Positions 4,252-5,446 of a stretch of 5,446 nt of DNA are shown here, piece after piece (within the stretch, counting starts at the first letter, position 1; each line of letters starts with the position of its first letter). The stretch spans positions 1 to 5,446 of IMG/VR virus record IMGVR_UViG_3300045988_001638; one strand, given 5' to 3'. The position numbers were made by a program, and so were the translations under genes. The DNA is from a virus. The notes under the pieces were generated by a model. It made no database searches. It saw only the letters and a program-made list of their open reading frames with translations, and was not told the origin of the DNA.

Positions 4252-4464
4252 ATGAAAATTGATGAAAAGTACAAAAAACTGATTCGTGAAATCACAATTG
4301 CAGTATTATCAGCTATCCTGACATGGTTAGGAGTAAGTTGCACCAACATGTTGAGTATTCAGAAAAATGTGAAAGAAAGCAACATGAAAACAGAGAATAA
4401 GACAGACGGGAAAGTAAGTGCTGACAGCACAAGTATTAATTTATTTAACAAGGAGGACAAATAA
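4252..4464 (+). CDS. Small membrane or lipoprotein-like protein (70 aa), function unknown.
   Basis: ATG at 4252 is the first start after the promoter. The product has a charged N-terminus MKIDEKYKKLIRE, a hydrophobic segment ITIAVLSAILTWLGVS (nt 4291-4338), then Cys30 (4339-4341) and a hydrophilic 40-aa tail. Stop TAA at 4462-4464 overlaps the next ATG. Confidence 0.6.
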   Translation: MKIDEKYKKLIREITIAVLSAILTWLGVSCTNMLSIQKNVKESNMKTENKTDGKVSADSTSINLFNKEDK

Positions 4465-4697
4465 TGAATTTAAATGAATTATTTAAAATCAGACCAACAA
4501 GTGAAGAACAAAATGATTTTATAACAACAGTAGGGGAACATCTGGCTACAGAGAAACATTTCAAAACACGTGAAGAAGCAGAAAAATACATAGAGACACC
4601 GCAATGGGATATGATTCTAGCTGTGATGGCAGAAATGTTAACCATTCACGAAGAAGTAAAGCACAAAGAAGATATTGAAAATACTAAAAATAAATAA
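4464..4697 (+). CDS. Small acidic, predicted helical protein (77 aa), function unknown.
   Basis: ATG at 4464 overlaps the upstream stop (TAATG). AGGAGG at 4451-4456 lies 7 nt upstream. The product MNLNELFKIRPTSEEQNDFITTVGEHLATEKHFKTREEAEKYIETPQWDMILAVMAEM... resembles small conserved ORFs I recall seeing next to capsid genes in gut microviruses; this is unverified memory. Stop TAA at 4695-4697. Confidence 0.65.
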   Translation: MNLNELFKIRPTSEEQNDFITTVGEHLATEKHFKTREEAEKYIETPQWDMILAVMAEMLTIHEEVKHKEDIENTKNK

Positions 4698-4699
4698 CT

Positions 4700-5446
4700 A
4701 TGACAATAAAAAAATCAATAGGGAAAAATACAATAGGAGGCGGAAGTAAAATGACCGTCGACCTACACACGTACAACAGAAGTACACACAATCTATCATA
4801 CGCGTGGAGAAGTAGCATGGGGGTAGGAACACTAGTTCCATGCATGAAAATAGTGGGATTACCAGGAGATACATTTGATATTGCAATAGATACAAGAGTA
4901 AATACACATCCAACAGTAGGCCCACTATTCGGTAGTTACAAATTACAAGTAGACATATTCACGGCGCCATTCCGATTATATAACGCGATGCTGCATAACA
5001 ACGCATTAAATGTTGGTATGGATATGAGCAAGGTAAAATTGCCTCAAATAAAAATAAAAATAAATGAAAAGGACAATCCTATCGACTCAACACATTTAAC
5101 ATTCTCATCATCAAGTATATTAGCATACTTGGGAATAAGAGGATTTTCAAACCAAATCAAAGAGACAGAAGTGACAATACCAAACGCAGTACCATTACTG
5201 ACATATTGGGATATTTTCAAAAACTATTACGCAAACAAACAGGAAGAAAAATGCAAGATACTAATGAAAGGCAATAAGGCCTACACAGTTGAAGATAAAT
5301 TGACTTATAACCACGTCGGCGAAACAATAGTTACGGGAGGTTATTTCATAATTCCAGGAGCAAATATAAACAGCAAAATAAAAATAGAAGTAGAGTTTAT
5401 TACAGACAAAGGAAAAGAATATCGTGATTACAACTATTTAAACGCA
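4700..5446 (+). CDS. VP1: Microviridae major capsid protein VP1, N-terminal 249 codons. Runs off the window end and continues at position 1. Absent from the supplied ORF track.
   Basis: I translated frame 2 from ATG 4700 by hand and found no stop through 5446. The product begins MTIKKSIGKNTIGGGSKMTVDLHTYNRSTHNLSYAWRSSMGVGTLVPCMKIVGLPGDTFDIAIDTRVNTHPTVGPLFGSYKLQVDIFTAPFRLYN...LLTYWDIFKNYYANKQEE. The blocks STHNLS...GTLVP...LPGDTFDI, GPLFGSYK.Q.D.F..P.RLY and YWDIF.NYY.N are hallmark N-terminal VP1/F-family blocks. An alternative in-frame start is ATG 4751, preceded by AGGAGG at 4735-4740. Confidence 0.9.
   Translation, partial: MTIKKSIGKNTIGGGSKMTVDLHTYNRSTHNLSYAWRSSMGVGTLVPCMKIVGLPGDTFDIAIDTRVNTHPTVGPLFGSYKLQVDIFTAPFRLYNAMLHNNALNVGMDMSKVKLPQIKIKINEKDNPIDSTHLTFSSSSILAYLGIRGFSNQIKETEVTIPNAVPLLTYWDIFKNYYANKQEEKCKILMKGNKAYTVEDKLTYNHVGETIVTGGYFIIPGANINSKIKIEVEFITDKGKEYRDYNYLNA
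5392..5446. repeat. Terminal redundancy, copy 2 (identical to 1-55).
   Basis: Exact 55/55 identity with the window start. Confidence 0.95.

Noticed and set aside
4116-4349. 77-aa minus-strand ORF spanning the promoter region and part of the GC island.
   Set aside because: It runs antisense through the promoter and the start of ORF 4252-4464. The product is a hydrophobic, low-complexity artefact with no start context. It conflicts with the far better supported + strand organisation.
4870-4877. Additional TAnnTTTG match (TACATTTG) inside VP1.
   Set aside because: It is internal to the capsid coding sequence, with no appropriately spaced -33 TTTG noted and no downstream gene start. It is most likely a chance occurrence of a short AT-rich motif.
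5222-5230. Relaxed CRESS-type nonamers (NANTATTAC): AACTATTAC at 5222-5230 and GATTATTAC at 3373-3381.
   Set aside because: Both lie inside coding sequence (VP1 and VP4) with no flanking inverted repeat. The relaxed pattern is expected by chance in an AT-rich genome. Only the exact TAATATTAC at 1593-1601 sits in a hairpin loop.

Overview
The window is a complete, circularly permuted Microviridae-type ssDNA phage genome. Positions 1-55 are identical to 5392-5446, so the unit circle is 5,391 nt. All genes are on the + strand. In circle order: a Bacteroidetes-style promoter (about 4186-4222), two small translationally coupled ORFs (4252-4464, 4464-4697), and the major capsid protein VP1. VP1 runs 4700-5446 and continues at 1-1204 (631 aa once joined). 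The supplied ORF track misses its first 249 codons because they have no stop inside the window. Next come a 105-aa small protein with a poly-Q tail (1207-1524), a 142-nt hairpin-rich intergenic region, the VP2 pilot/minor capsid protein (1667-2713), the VP4 HUH rolling-circle Rep (2713-3633) and a strong intrinsic terminator (3619-3647). The most interesting material is non-coding. (1) A 7-bp stem-loop at 1583-1607 displays the exact geminivirus/nanovirus origin nonanucleotide TAATATTAC in its 11-nt loop. (2) A 618-nt non-coding region (3634-4251) holds nine copies of a 9-mer, TTATNAACA. This is one mismatch from a DnaA box, and the copies form two divergently oriented, helically phased clusters around a spacer of about 13% GC. 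(3) A hairpin-rich island of about 56% GC (4008-4172) lies between the terminator and the promoter. It is a candidate complementary-strand origin or structured RNA. Protein calls rest on motifs recognised by eye, with no database search. The functions proposed for the non-coding elements are inference.
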